A stretch of 64,000 nt of DNA. Origin: Eremomyces bilateralis CBS 781.70 (Eukaryota). The notes beneath the pieces were generated by a model. It had not been told where the DNA came from, made no database searches, and worked only from the letters and a program-made list of their open reading frames with translations. The first letter of the stretch is position 1; each line of letters starts with the position of its first letter. A program made the position numbers and the translations under genes. The stretch lies in NCBI GenBank assembly GCA_010015585.1, contig ML975167.1; one strand, written 5' to 3'. Shown one piece after another: positions 50,105 through 62,612 of this stretch.

Positions 50105-52453
50105 TCAGTGGATTGCACCTGACTTCTTCATCTCATAATCCGGCAGGAACTCGAAGGATTCATCACTCTCCTTATATCGGTACGCATGGAACTCCACTCC
50201 ATATGGCTTCGGTTCGAGACAGTACACCATCCCCAGGGGACACTCGAGATCGGCCACCGAGTCCCTCCTCAAGCCGAGGAAGTAAGCGAGTAGCACCCTC
50301 GCGACACTCCGGTGCGTGATCAGGAGACAATGATCCTCCATCCGCTCCAACTCCACGATCACGGGACGGAGGCGATTGATGACGTCGAGATAGCCCTCAC
50401 CACCGGGTCCCGGATACCGATACGCCAGCTTGTCCGCCTGTCGCACGTCGTATTCCTCGGGATACAGACGACGGATCTCCTCGTACGTCATCCCTTCCAT
50501 GATTCCGGCGTTCAGCTCGTCGAGCATGCGGAACTGCTTCACGTCCCACTTCTCATCGTCGTCGAAGACGACCCCGGTCTCGATGCTGCGTTTCAGCATC
50601 GAGGTCCAGACGCAGAAGTTGTTCTCGGCCGGCACGCCGTTCGCACCGGCCATGTCGTCGGGGGCGTAATACGGGTTGGGGGGTGTATGGTCGCCTGGAT
50701 GCGGAGGGAAGTGCGTGTTGAGCGCCTTGTCGCGCTGCTTGACTTCCCAAAGACTGCGCTCCTTTTCAATGAAGTGGGCCAGTGCGCGAGCGTACTTGGC
50801 GCCCTTGGGTGAAAGCGAAGAATTTCCGCCGATTTTGCCGGCAACGTTGTCCTGCGATTCGCCGTGTCGGGTGATCCATATGCAGCGCGGGGATAGGTTG
50901 AAATTGAGGAGGTAGTACACCGCTTGAGTGGAGAGGAACCCATTCACTTGATGCGTGATGACCTTGCGGCCCACGTCCACCATCTTGACATATGGCATAT
51001 TATTAACTTCTTCGTAGTGGCCTAACGGCACGTAGTTTCGTTCGTAAATGGCAACGCGTTGTCTGAAGTCCTCTAGGGCCGTCATCGGATCCTTATCGCG
51101 GTAGTCGGGCCCCGAAAGTTTCAGGCGCATATTGGACTCGAGCAGGGCTTGGTCTTCGCAGATCGACTCGACGTACAACACGTTCAACTGCAGGCCGGCG
51201 CGCTCGCGGATTTTCTCCATGACGAGCTTTCGTCGTACCAATGTACTATTGGTAGCATCGAAAATCCCGACGCTACCGCCCTGGTTGAGGATGTACTCCA
51301 GAAGCTCATCGAGTGTGTCCATCGCTGCTTGCTCGCGGATCTGCGAGGCTTTCTTGTTTCGAGGGTCGAAGAATCCGGCCGACTGAGACACCAACGCTTC
51401 CGGGTCCTCGGCATTCGTTTCCTTGTCCGGCTGCTCGTCGATGGATGAGGAAGGAAGGCTCAGTCGGGGGATCATGCTTTGCAATGCCAGGGGGGAAGCC
51501 TGCTTTACGCCATTCATGTTGGAGAGTTGCTCTGCAGCCGATTTGACAACGTCCTCGCTCGGGGATAGCTCCGGTTTCACGATTGATGACCCATTTGCAG
51601 TGTCCAAGTTCAACGGCGTGCCATGGTCGATGGTTGACTGTTTCCGCGAATGCGAGCCATGAGCGGCCAGCCGTCGTCGTTCACCGACGTTGAAAATTCG
51701 TGTGTCATGCTGCAACCAGTTGAGGTATCTCGCTAATTTCTTGGTGATGTAACTTTTCCCTCGCGCGGGCAACCCCACCATGACGATGACCAGCTTCGAG
51801 CCGACATCTCGCTGGGCGATCCGGCCATCGGGCGATACTTTGGACTTGGTCAGCCCAGGAATGTCGAGTGTCGTCGGTCGCACTCGAGGCGTCGAAGAAC
51901 CGGAGTTTTGACGTATGACCGGAATTCGCGGACTGCCGGGAGCGGACGGGAGCGGCGTATCAGTGAGAGCCGCCCCGGGGTGGTCGAGGGAATGCAGTCG
52001 TGTGGTCGAGGCGGGAGTGGGTCGGAGGTCGCCTTGGACGAGGGAAGGAGCATTTAGACCCCCATCTTGATGATGATTTGGATGATTTAGGTTCGATGTC
52101 GAACCCTGGCCGTCTCGGGTGGCGAGGGATTGTGATTCCTCGCCAGGACTTGAAATTGTTGGTATCGGTGAGGTTGATTGAATTCGCTCGGGATCGTCGG
52201 GTGTGTCTGACGGTTTCCGAACCGTCAGAGCAGGAGTCGAAGGACCAGCGACAGCCGTGACGGCGGTTGAGTCACCGGGGGATTCGTTCTGAGGTTGTAG
52301 GTTCGCTCCGTTAATAGGTGGACCAGGAATGCGACTCATCAGGAGAGATTTCGCATAGGCAGAAAGTTGAGATTGTCGAGAAGCGCAACGGCGGCGGTCG
52401 AGAGATGGGTATGCCAGGTCTTGGTGTGGGATGGGGTTGATGGAGTGAGGCAT
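50105..52453 (-). CDS. PFK26: 6-phosphofructo-2-kinase/fructose-2,6-bisphosphatase, PFK26 type; intronless; alternative start at 52339
   Basis: SKVSPDGRI, MVGLPARGKSY (Walker A), FNVGERRR, DATNST, NMRLKLSGPDY, WITRHGES, YRYPGPGGEGYLD. Confidence 0.95.
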   Translation of the reverse strand: MPHSINPIPHQDLAYPSLDRRRCASRQSQLSAYAKSLLMSRIPGPPINGANLQPQNESPGDSTAVTAVAGPSTPALTVRKPSDTPDDPERIQSTSPIPTISSPGEESQSLATRDGQGSTSNLNHPNHHQDGGLNAPSLVQGDLRPTPASTTRLHSLDHPGAALTDTPLPSAPGSPRIPVIRQNSGSSTPRVRPTTLDIPGLTKSKVSPDGRIAQRDVGSKLVIVMVGLPARGKSYITKKLARYLNWLQHDTRIFNVGERRRLAAHGSHSRKQSTIDHGTPLNLDTANGSSIVKPELSPSEDVVKSAAEQLSNMNGVKQASPLALQSMIPRLSLPSSSIDEQPDKETNAEDPEALVSQSAGFFDPRNKKASQIREQAAMDTLDELLEYILNQGGSVGIFDATNSTLVRRKLVMEKIRERAGLQLNVLYVESICEDQALLESNMRLKLSGPDYRDKDPMTALEDFRQRVAIYERNYVPLGHYEEVNNMPYVKMVDVGRKVITHQVNGFLSTQAVYYLLNFNLSPRCIWITRHGESQDNVAGKIGGNSSLSPKGAKYARALAHFIEKERSLWEVKQRDKALNTHFPPHPGDHTPPNPYYAPDDMAGANGVPAENNFCVWTSMLKRSIETGVVFDDDEKWDVKQFRMLDELNAGIMEGMTYEEIRRLYPEEYDVRQADKLAYRYPGPGGEGYLDVINRLRPVIVELERMEDHCLLITHRSVARVLLAYFLGLRRDSVADLECPLGMVYCLEPKPYGVEFHAYRYKESDESFEFLPDYEMKKSGAIH

Positions 52454-54578
52454 AGCAGTGCAAATGGGGAGGTCTCGCGTTGATATCGAGTGAATGCAGC
52501 CAAGTGTGACTGAGAGCGTGTGCAGGGGGAATTGGCTAGGATTGCCTGCTTGGACTGCTGGGATGTCCGCTCGCGTCAGAGGAGGCGATTCGTGTAGGCG
52601 AGCCGTGGCGTGGCGTCACTATCAGGCGTGGGACCTTGCGACTAAATTCTTCGCTCTTCACAAAAGACTCGGATCCTGATGGCTGCTGGCCTATAGCGTG
52701 GGTAATTATTAATCTTTCGTGACTCTATCGCTCTTGTTGGAATCTGAAGGGTTTTGTTAATGATCGGGAAATTTCCAAGCTTCAATAAACAAGAGAAAGA
52801 GTTAAGAGTGTTGGTGACGGTGAGGGTTGTCTTTTCGTTTTTTCTCTGGTGTTGCTTGTTGACTCGGCCTTGCGCGCAACGCCGGTTCCTGAGAATCAAT
52901 ACGGCAATCCAGAGCGGTGGGGAGGATATCTGGATAGGTAGGTATTCAATATTTCGAGATTAGAGTCCTCTTGTGGATGTCTGATGGACGATTCGGAGAT
53001 TTGAGGTCCGGTCGCAAGGGTTGATTCAACTGCTGTAGTGATCGGCCAAAGGGTGTCTCAGCTTTTTCTTGAAGGGAATAATATGTATGGTTATGTGGTG
53101 GCTGAGGATGGGGATAAGGTGCTGTTTGGGGATTATTTAACGGTGATTTAAGTGAAGAGATATCGGACAGAATTTAATCATCAGAAAAATCTCCCCCAGG
53201 GAACCAGTGGAGGCGTGGGTGATGGAGGCATTAGGTATGCGTGGGATCTCGCACTCTCTCCCATGGAAGAAGCATCCAACAGTTCCAACCACCACTTCAA
53301 ACTTCAATTTTGGCCCGTGGTCCCATGTAGAGTCACCACCACCCGTCCCACTATTGCCCGCTTTTCAGGTGAGAAATGAAGAAGCTCTGTCATGCCTATT
53401 ATCAACCAATATTTAGACTTTTGGAGTCGGCTTGCGAATCTGTCTCCTGGCATCGGCAATCGGGGATTTAGAAGCTTACATCCGGATGGCGATGAATCCT
53501 GAAAGTCTGAAACCCCGTGAAGGACGCTAGCAGGATCCATTGGCGCCTTGTTCATGCGAATGGAAGGAGACACCATAAATGAGTGCATCAAACTTCACAC
53601 CCCGTCAAAATATAGGATATCGGCTTCATTTAGCCCTGATAAGGCAGACGTAGCTGCGCCTTGAGTGACCTTTCAGCAGTTCCAAATGCCATGAAAGCGG
53701 CGAGCGGCATATATCTGTTATCACTGTTGCAAGGCCCCGCGGTTTCCGTCTAATATCAAACATCTCCATGGCCAACCACTGTCCCACGAGGCCACGACGG
53801 ATATGTCAGATTGTATGGGAGGAGGGGGGTAACTTAGCTTGCGTGCAGTGTGCCAATTGCCAAAAGATATGCCAGCCAATTGCGTGTGCAGAGCTGTCTC
53901 TCCGGCTTGGACCCGCCGACCTGGTGTGCATGTTCATGAGATGCCAAAGCCTTGCAATCCAGCTTCCATCTGAATGGTGAACACTGCCACTCATACAAAG
54001 CGTTTAGAGAATCCATGATTGCAGCTGACTCACACGAATCCCACTAAATAACACAATAGTCGCTGCGCTGCCCAAAATTTCAAAATTTGCCAATAATGGA
54101 GGATTCCATCAATCGAATTCGATACCGGTCCTAGGAAATAACGCTCGGTGGATATTTGCTGTCGGGAACAAGATAGCGCCATATCTTTCCATTTGTTGTC
54201 TTCTCCATTTTGAAGCACTGGCACCGTAAAGTATCCCTCCGCCAAAAACTTGCCGTGCAGTGGTTGCCGTTGGTAGCTAAATCGATTCGCTGCCTTCACT
54301 CGTGTCCGGGGTTCGTTAGTCGTGTACGGCCGGAAAGGATCGTCCTGTAACTGTGTGATATTTTCATCGGGAGATATCGCGGCTGGTCTCTCTGTGACCC
54401 TCTGAAGTCTGGTATAGCCTTTTGAAGTCTGCGAAGAGAGGCATAACGCAACTCGTAGACAAGCACGACCGATACCCCGTGATTGGCATACCCCGTGATT
54501 ATGGTCGAGTATCGCTCCCATCGGCATGGGAACCAAGGGTAGACCAAAGGTAGCGACTAGTATCCGCCCTCTCATCCT

Positions 54579-55108
54579 TCATGAGCGTAGGTTGATAGTC
54601 AAAACCAGTAGCCCAACATAGGCCGCCAAGCTCAGCGCTGTCAACACCGTCACCACATTCCCACTCGTCCTAAACTTCTGTCCCCCCGTCATCCCCGGCA
54701 CCTCCTCCTCCCCAATAAACCCCATCTGCCCCCCCGGCCTACTCCCCCCGGGTATCCCCGTCTCCCAGAAGATCTGCCGGTTACCCTTGCGCCGCCGTAG
54801 CCAGCTCACCAGCATGATGCCAGAGCCGTACACGGCGAACAGCGCGCCAATGCTATAGAACTCGCCGGTGAAGATCTTCAGCACGATGAGCGCGAAGGAG
54901 AATTGGCCGAGCGCCGTGCGAACGTAGGCGCCTTCGAAGGTGCGTTGGGCGGCGCGGATCTCGACGAGCTCGGCGGGGGTGAGGACGACGGAGTTGGCGC
55001 GGTGCTGGCGGAGGCGGTAGCGGCGGGAGGGGCGGCGGCCCTGGGGAAGAGGTTAGCATCTGGTGGTGTCTGTGTCGCGTGGTAGGAGCTGGATGATACC
55101 TCGAACAT
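54579..55108 (-). CDS. DUF202-family small membrane protein; intron 55041-55099
   Basis: Spliced MFE|GRRPSRRYRLRQHRANSVVLTPAELVEIRAAQRTFEGAYVRTALGQFSFALIVLKIF...FRTSGNVV, with three hydrophobic helices. This is the typical fungal DUF202 pattern. Confidence 0.82.
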
Positions 55109-56549
55109 GGTGGAGCGGACGCCCTTGAGCTAGTGTTCGAGTAGATTAGGTTAGAGATCCAGGGAGAGCACTCGGATCGAGGCCTCGAAGCCTGGTGAGC
55201 CACTCGATAGGGCCGAAGACAACTCCAGTTTACGAATCTCCAGGAATAAGAAGGACAATTGAGGTTAAAGGAAGCTTTTGTGCTAGTGAAGAAGGGTGCC
55301 GGCTGCGATATTGGTTCGGATGATGAAGCGATCCCCTCAGAGCCAAGCCGAAATTCCCCGACCCGTCAACGTTGGTTGTACGTCAATTCAATGGATTCGG
55401 AAGGGTCTACGGAGTACTTTGTTGATCATGTCCTGGTCAATCATGTATGGTTACTTGATGCCATGGAATCTATGATATTTGATTTTATAGTTCTTGTCAA
55501 TAACGCGAGGGCGACTCTGGGTCAACTCGATGAGGCCAAAGGAGGGTTGTATGATCACATCTGACGTGCTTGAATACATAACAGCAGTGGCACTGACAGC
55601 GTGCCTCTTGTGACCCTATGAATAGCTCCCCCTTGGTGCAAGCAGATAGGGATTAAGCTGCCGCCCTGGCTGTATCTAGCGGCATGTAGGATATGGTACT
55701 CACTACATTATCTCCAAACTCCAAGTTAAAGTCGCCGGATGAGGCTTAGTTCTCCTCGAACCGCATTATCTGTTTCTCCTCCAACATCAACGGTAACAAA
55801 GGATGTACTCCAGTTCATTGGTATGAATTTGAAAGGTTCCTTTTGCACTTTGCAGATTAAATTAATCCCATACACTGCCAATATGTGTGTAGAGACGGAA
55901 TCGCATGTGTTGATGATAGAGACTGGTGTCGATACTAGACGTTCAAGGATCAAGCGGTTCGCTCCCCCGCGTCTCCCTTGGCGATTGAATATTTGGACCC
56001 CCTACAGTTCATCCTTCCTTCCCAGTATCATCACTATTCTAGATCGGTACATGTTAAAAGGTCTTTCATAACCTAGAACTTGATAAATAAGCGTATCCTT
56101 GCTTCGTGAGCCTGTATCCTCCATAGTTTGATAGACGTGTCGGTCTTCCAACCGTGTCAGTACCGGTAAGTAATCAATGCTCGCTGCTCCGTGTCAGGAC
56201 CAACCGACCAACATGAAGGCAGTCGGATTGATTGATGCTAACTAATGCTTCAAGTCTAGGACCTCTTATCTAAGCCGTGGCTGCCCAATTCAGCCGATTT
56301 GGTACCACCTCGATTGTACCAGTGCTTTCGCGCCTAGTATTTCCACTTTACATCCGACGAAGTCTCCCATCCTCGCCTCCGACCCTCCACTCATCGAGCA
56401 CTATTCCATACCGCCTGTCAAAACGCCCTCCCGCTACTGTCACAAGCAACTGGCCCCGACGGTTTTCTCTACGACCAAACCGCATAACTCGGAAGCTCGA
56501 GGCCGTCGCTGCGACCCTTCGGCGGCGTGTCAAGCCCAAAGACTGGACC

Positions 56550-57906
56550 ATGTCTTCCGCGGGTGCCGGCAACGGAAAGTCGGAATCCGTATATACGACC
56601 AGCTCTGGCGGGACGAAAAGGAAGAGGAATGATGGCCCCAAGTTCTATGCGGTGAGGACGGGATTCAATCCGGGGATCTATCATACGTATAAAGATTGTC
56701 TGGAGCAGGTGCGAGGGTTTAAGGCGCCGAACTGTAAGTTGGACAAACAAATCCTACTACTTTTATCACGTGCTTTCGATCTGCTTCTTATGGTCTGCAA
56801 ACACTAGCATTATGTAGACCCATTCTGATCCATTGCCATAGTCAAATCCTTTCCAACCTTAAAGGAAGCGGAAGGTTTCATGAAGGGCCTCACTGTCGGC
56901 ACGCCTTCAAAGTTCTATGGGGTCCAGAATGGACGTGTACCCGGCGTGTACACCGATTGGCCAACTGTCCAGGCCCAGATCACAGGGTGGACGAAACCGA
57001 AGCAAAAAGTCTTTGCGACCCGCGCCGAGGCCGAAGCATTCGTACGGGCCGGCACATCGGTATCGCAGGGCGAGTCTGTGAAGAACGTATCTATTCCGGG
57101 GGGGTCAACGACGCCCAACCCAAACACTCCAACGAATGCGCCGCCGTTCAAGAAATCGAAGAAGACGAATGGGACGACGGGAACGAGTGAGGCAGTGCCA
57201 GAACCAGGTACGGGACTGCTCCCCCCCGGGGCCGACGATCGATTCGATAACCGAATCTTTCTGAATCCACGGACGGGAAAGATCGAATACAAAACGGCTG
57301 AGGAGGCTAATGCCACGAAACTAGTGCCGACAAAGGACTTCAAGGGAACCCTTCGTATCTTCACGGATGGTAGTTCGCTAGGGAATGGTGCCTTGGGTGC
57401 GGTTGCTGGGGTCGGGGTGTATTTCGGACCACAGGATCCTCGGTGAGTGGATGGTTCCCTGGTGCGCGACCGTTTGCAATACTAATCAACGATTTCCATT
57501 CAGAAACTTATCAGAACCGCTCGCGGGGAGTCGGCAAACTAATCAACGAGCTGAGCTGACTGCCCTCCTCCGCGCCCTCGAGCTTGCACCGCTCGACATC
57601 AACGTGGAGGTGTACTCGGACTCCAACTATTCGATCAACTGCGTGACTGTCTGGCACGTCACCTGGCGGAAGAACGGCTGGGTGACGTCGAACAAGAAGC
57701 CAGTCGAGAACCGGGACCTCGTCGAGGAGGTCATCAACAAGATCGAGGCCCGCGACCGGAAGGGTGTGACGACCAAGTTCGTCTGGATCAAAGGTCATGC
57801 CAACTTCGAGGGAAATGTCCAGGCCGACCGAATGGCTGTGGATGCTGCGCGAAGGGCGAAGATGGGCGTCCCACGCGATGGGCAAGATGCATGGGGAGAG
57901 CCGTAG
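56550..57906 (+). CDS. RNH1: Ribonuclease H1 with two N-terminal hybrid-binding domains; introns ~56734-56841 and 57443-57503
   Basis: KFYAVRTGFNPGIY and KFYGVQNGRVPGVY hybrid-binding domains; catalytic FTDGSS, QTNQRAEL, SDSNYSI, WIKGHA, GNVQAD; KRKR NLS. Confidence 0.95.
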
Positions 57907-60900
57907 GATGGCGGCAACTTCGAATGGTCGCGAGGTTGCACTGGTGACTGGAATGTCGAGTGGCCGATGAGTGCTAGCGATGAGTGCTCGGACTTTGTGC
58001 TTTGATTGGAAAATCAGGGAATATAGGCGTCCCGGCCTCACACCTCGCTTACAGCAGAACCATGGCATGTGGCGCAGTTTTCGGTCGGACAGATTTGATC
58101 GTAGCGATGAGTGAACTGAGTTTATCTGGATTATATCGGCAGTCATATATTCCCTGGTCGACCCACGTCTTGGACCATGCGCATCATTATAACTGTTTCG
58201 ACCTTATACAGGTGGTCATGAGCCAGGTCATATAAGCGATCCTGGACTCGTGCACTACTATATACGGGTCAGAGAATGCTTTTCTCAAGGGCTTTATTGT
58301 TTGTAGTAGTTGATAGGCTGTGCTGGGATGGTCGTGTACGTGACTATTCCTCACAACATATCCGATGCGGTTCGATTCCATGACCAGCTACTCCATCGAA
58401 AATCGAGTTCCATTCTGGACATAGATACCCATGCCCAAGAATAAATCACAAGGCACCAAGTGAGCATGCATCTATGTATTGGTAATTTGGGCATTTTCTG
58501 ATAATCATGCAACGGCCAATGCACCTTGGACATTTCCTATGTCGTGCTTGGACATACAGTCATACACAGGAGATGTCGGTCCTCTGTTCCTCTCGCGATA
58601 TCGGAGCCGAGGATTGCGGTGGAAATGCTTGGATTTCGATTGGCCACAGGGGAAGCAATCTATTCCCCTTTCCATGATAGCTGCAGCCTGGTGATAATTC
58701 AAAAGCTTCAGCTTAACGCAGAAGACCATGGGACGGTAGAGCGCAATGGCTTGTAACCCGTACTTAGTAAACCCTGATTAGATCCGTTCGGTACTGCAAC
58801 CACGGCATATATTCAGCAGTGTGTCATGATCCGACTTCTTAGAACCGCGTGTTCACCTTGGATATTTCGATATCGAGGCCGTGGCCGACACATGGAATTA
58901 GCTAACCTGTACGGAGTACCGAAGTTGGCGTCAGCATTCAAAAGCCGAAGTGATGTTCAGCCATCTACCATTCACATGTCGTGGGCTCTGGTCAGGGTTT
59001 CCAACAGCCACGAAATGAAGGCACCAATGGCATGAAATTGGTACCTGGCTAAACTGGCTAGCAGGGAGACTGAAGCTCGATCCAGTCGGGATGATCGTGA
59101 TCCAATCGGTTTCAACTCCATGTTTCAGGCGTGGGGTGGAAGTTGGAAACTACGAGGTAGGAAATTGTCAATTGTCTTATTTGTCCCAGTCTCCCGAGTA
59201 AATATGGCAGGTTCCGGATGGACATTCATTCAATTGCGCTTTGAGTGATTGAATGCCTTGTAGGAGGATGTGGAGTTCATTTCGTTGGCATCATGCCGAA
59301 TTTCGATGTAATATCCAATATTGAGATTGGATAAACGCTGTTACTTAAGCGAGATATCATCGAACTTGTAAACAAGATCCTATCAAATGTTCAGTATTGG
59401 TCGAGTTCGAGGATGCATGTTGTCCACCAACCGTTGAATATCAGGAACCATAAGATCGATCGCCTCGGAGGGCCGGCCAGCCACAGAATCGTACGGAGTA
59501 CAGGTCGCGCGCCTGCAACTGCATCATGCTATCTGCCTCCTGGCAGCCTGCATGCGACAAGATCCTTGTCTTTACGTACTGTGTTTACTGTTTACCCATT
59601 GCTCGGTGGACGGTGCTCTGCTCAGTTCCTCTTCTCGCCGACCCCTGGTGTATCGATTTTCTAGGCGCAGATTGGGCGGGGCCGAAACAGACGCACCGTG
59701 TAACTTTAAGTCTCAATGAATAATAGTCGACATACTACGTACATAGACACATATGTAGTATTCTGGATTTTGGATCTGCACTGCAGGATCCATTCTTTCC
59801 AATCACGTCTCATCTTTCATGCCAGGGACCACGCAGCACAGTTACATACCCGTACACTGTTCCTGTTATCATATATGGACAGTATATTCCTTTGGACGTA
59901 ACGGTACGTAAGAACTACTTGTAATAAGTAAGGTACGGCACTACCTAGATAGAGTATGTACACGGTGCAGGTCAGGTAGTATTACTTGGTTTTGAATCGG
60001 TTCTTTAACTTCGAAATTCGGATGGAACAACGTTCAGGAACGAGCAGCCAATAGGGGTACCGCGAGTTAAACGACATACTTTGGTTTACCATCGACTCGA
60101 AGAATGAAGTTATCAAAGTATCAAATATCAACACCCCTATGTTCAGAGTTCAGACCCATCCATTTATTGCTTTTGGGCTCTGCAGCCTGGAATTTTTGAT
60201 AGGTGAGCGTTGTGCATATCGGCCATCCTGAACTCCTGGTAAGCAGACATCGACCCATGGGCAGTTTCAGACAGACTCCCTCGTCCTTGCATGGTCGCAT
60301 GTCGTATTGCCATTGATCATCAGAGTCCCAAAGCAAAAGCTGTATTATGAGTTTCTGATAGCAAAAGAGAAACGAGGCTTGGAAAGTGGATAACCGACCC
60401 TTGTGCGTGGCTGCGTGCATTTCCAGGGTGAAAACGTGTCATTTCGATCGTGTCGTTGCTGATGAGCTGAGACGATCGTCGACAAGGAGCTTAGACGGCT
60501 TTCATCAAATCATCCGGGACTGCTCGGTTCGGGATCAGAGCTCAGAAGCAGCCGAGTCGATAGTCCAGCTCACAGGGCTGTAGGTGGCTGGTGACTGGTA
60601 AGTAGAATTGAAGATTCAAAAATCAAAATACCAGTACATGGATTAACAGGAATTAGGAGTAACCTTCGCTCTCCCGAAGCGAAGCTTGCTGCCTGCTCAT
60701 CCGAACAAATCCACCCACTTTGTCGATCCTTGTGATAAACGACGCCCCAGAAAAAGTTTGGATCGCGTATTCTCGGTTGAGATTTCCTTTTCTTCTCCCT
60801 TTTCTTCCCGAGGACATTGAGCATTTATAATTGTCCTGGCGCCTGCGGACGGGCAGAGGAAGCAGATTGGAAGAGCGGGCTGAACCGCTGAAATGATCGG

Positions 60901-62577
60901 CGCCCTCGCTACGACTCTCACGAACGCAGATTGCAGTCTTGACTCTCGGTTTTTAAAGAAAAGCTAAAGTGACTAAAATTCGAACAATCAAGCGCTTGCT
61001 CCCTTGTCATTGGGCGAGTCGGCTGCGGAATGGACTAGGACTCGTCGGGGAAACGGGCTAAAGGACGCCTCGTTGTTTTGGCGCCGGAGCCTGTTCTTTA
61101 GGAAGGCAGATTGGCGCTCGTCGAGGACAGGGGCTTTTTGGAATAATGGAATTGGATCGCGATTCCAAACCGATGAAACCTGAGAGTTCGAAGACCGATC
61201 GGACGACGGGCGCGTCTTGAAGCGCGCAGTGTGCCACAAGCCGATGATGGAACAGGGCCGCTGCGCAATCGGTCAGTATTCTCCCTTCGCTTCTCGAAGC
61301 TTCCCCCAGTTCTCCCGTATTACCTGTACTGAGGTCTGTCCTCTGCAGGGCCTATCCAGGGCAGAGAGCCTGATAATAATGACCCATATGGATATTCCCT
61401 TGTCACTTGTCAGGGACGAGGGGGAGGGATTTCTTGTTTCCGTGCCCGTGAATCAATCATTTTGGGGTATTTGGACCTGAGGCGCTATTACCTGGACAAT
61501 GCGCCAGGCTAAATGCACTGTCTTTAATTTATGTATTTGTTATACCCGGCTTATTGGCCATATCGAGTGCGTCATCAGCCATGGGGACAATCGGATCAAG
61601 TCTTCTCAATTCATTGGTCAACAAAGTCCGGATCTTAGGAGAAGGGAATGTTGCACGACGCACGCCTGGAGTCCTTGACAGTTCGAACAGGATCCAAATC
61701 GCATCCAACGTCTGGAGCGGATTCTTGGGATACTTAATTCTTTGGACGAGACGAATGATTTCCTCCCTGCATATGCGAGTTCTGGCATTTGGCCGATCCA
61801 TTAATCCAAACCCGCTGCTAGTACCCAAACCCACCAACCACCGAAGGGGGTACATCCTTTTTCAATTTCTCTCCGTCTCCTCCTAACTCCCTTTTATTCT
61901 CGCCGATTGATTCCCATCTCCCAAGACCTGCAGCTTGCATCTGCACCGCCTGCATATCCGGCCGAGCTGCATTGTCGGACGTGCAGTGCATCAACGAGCC
62001 GAGCGAACCATTTGCTCACTTTCCTCCGTTCGTCGCCCTACTCACTTGCTGCCTTTCCGGTTGGCGAGAGTCCCAAGAAGCCAGAGGGATTGGACCTTTA
62101 GGTGGTTCATCTCGACTTGTCACGTATTAAGGCCCCCAGAGGGAAAACCAGACAAGAAAGACCAGCCATATGTCGCGCATGTCCCATCCCTAGGACTTGC
62201 ATTAGTATCCTTCAAAGCCAATTTCCAGCTGCAGCGCTGATTCCATTTCCCTTTCCTTCGGGCCAGTCTCACAAGTCACAAGGGAGGCAGGAAAACCGAC
62301 CCGCCAAACAATTGAGAGCGGGTCCTTTCGTCTCTGTCTGCCTATCTGGTTGCGGTGTTGCAGGGAAAGTAATTACTGGGTACAGGTTGTCAGTCCAAAT
62401 TGTGTGGGCAGTTGGTGGTGGTGTCCTCTGGTGTCTGGTGTGCCAGACGTTGCGCACTCTTTTTCTTCTCTTCTCTTGTCCTGGCTCTCCAACAACCTTA
62501 CACTTCTACTGTACACTGTACGCTCTACACACCCTCTCTCCCTTTCTGTCTGATCTCCAGCCCTTCTCACCCACTCC

Positions 62578-62612
62578 CCTTCCTCCTCCTCCTCCTCCTC
62601 CTCTTCTTCTTC
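62578..62612. repeat. (CCT)n/(CTT)n microsatellite in a pyrimidine-rich promoter/leader tract
   Basis: Read directly; lies upstream of the last gene. Confidence 0.8.
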
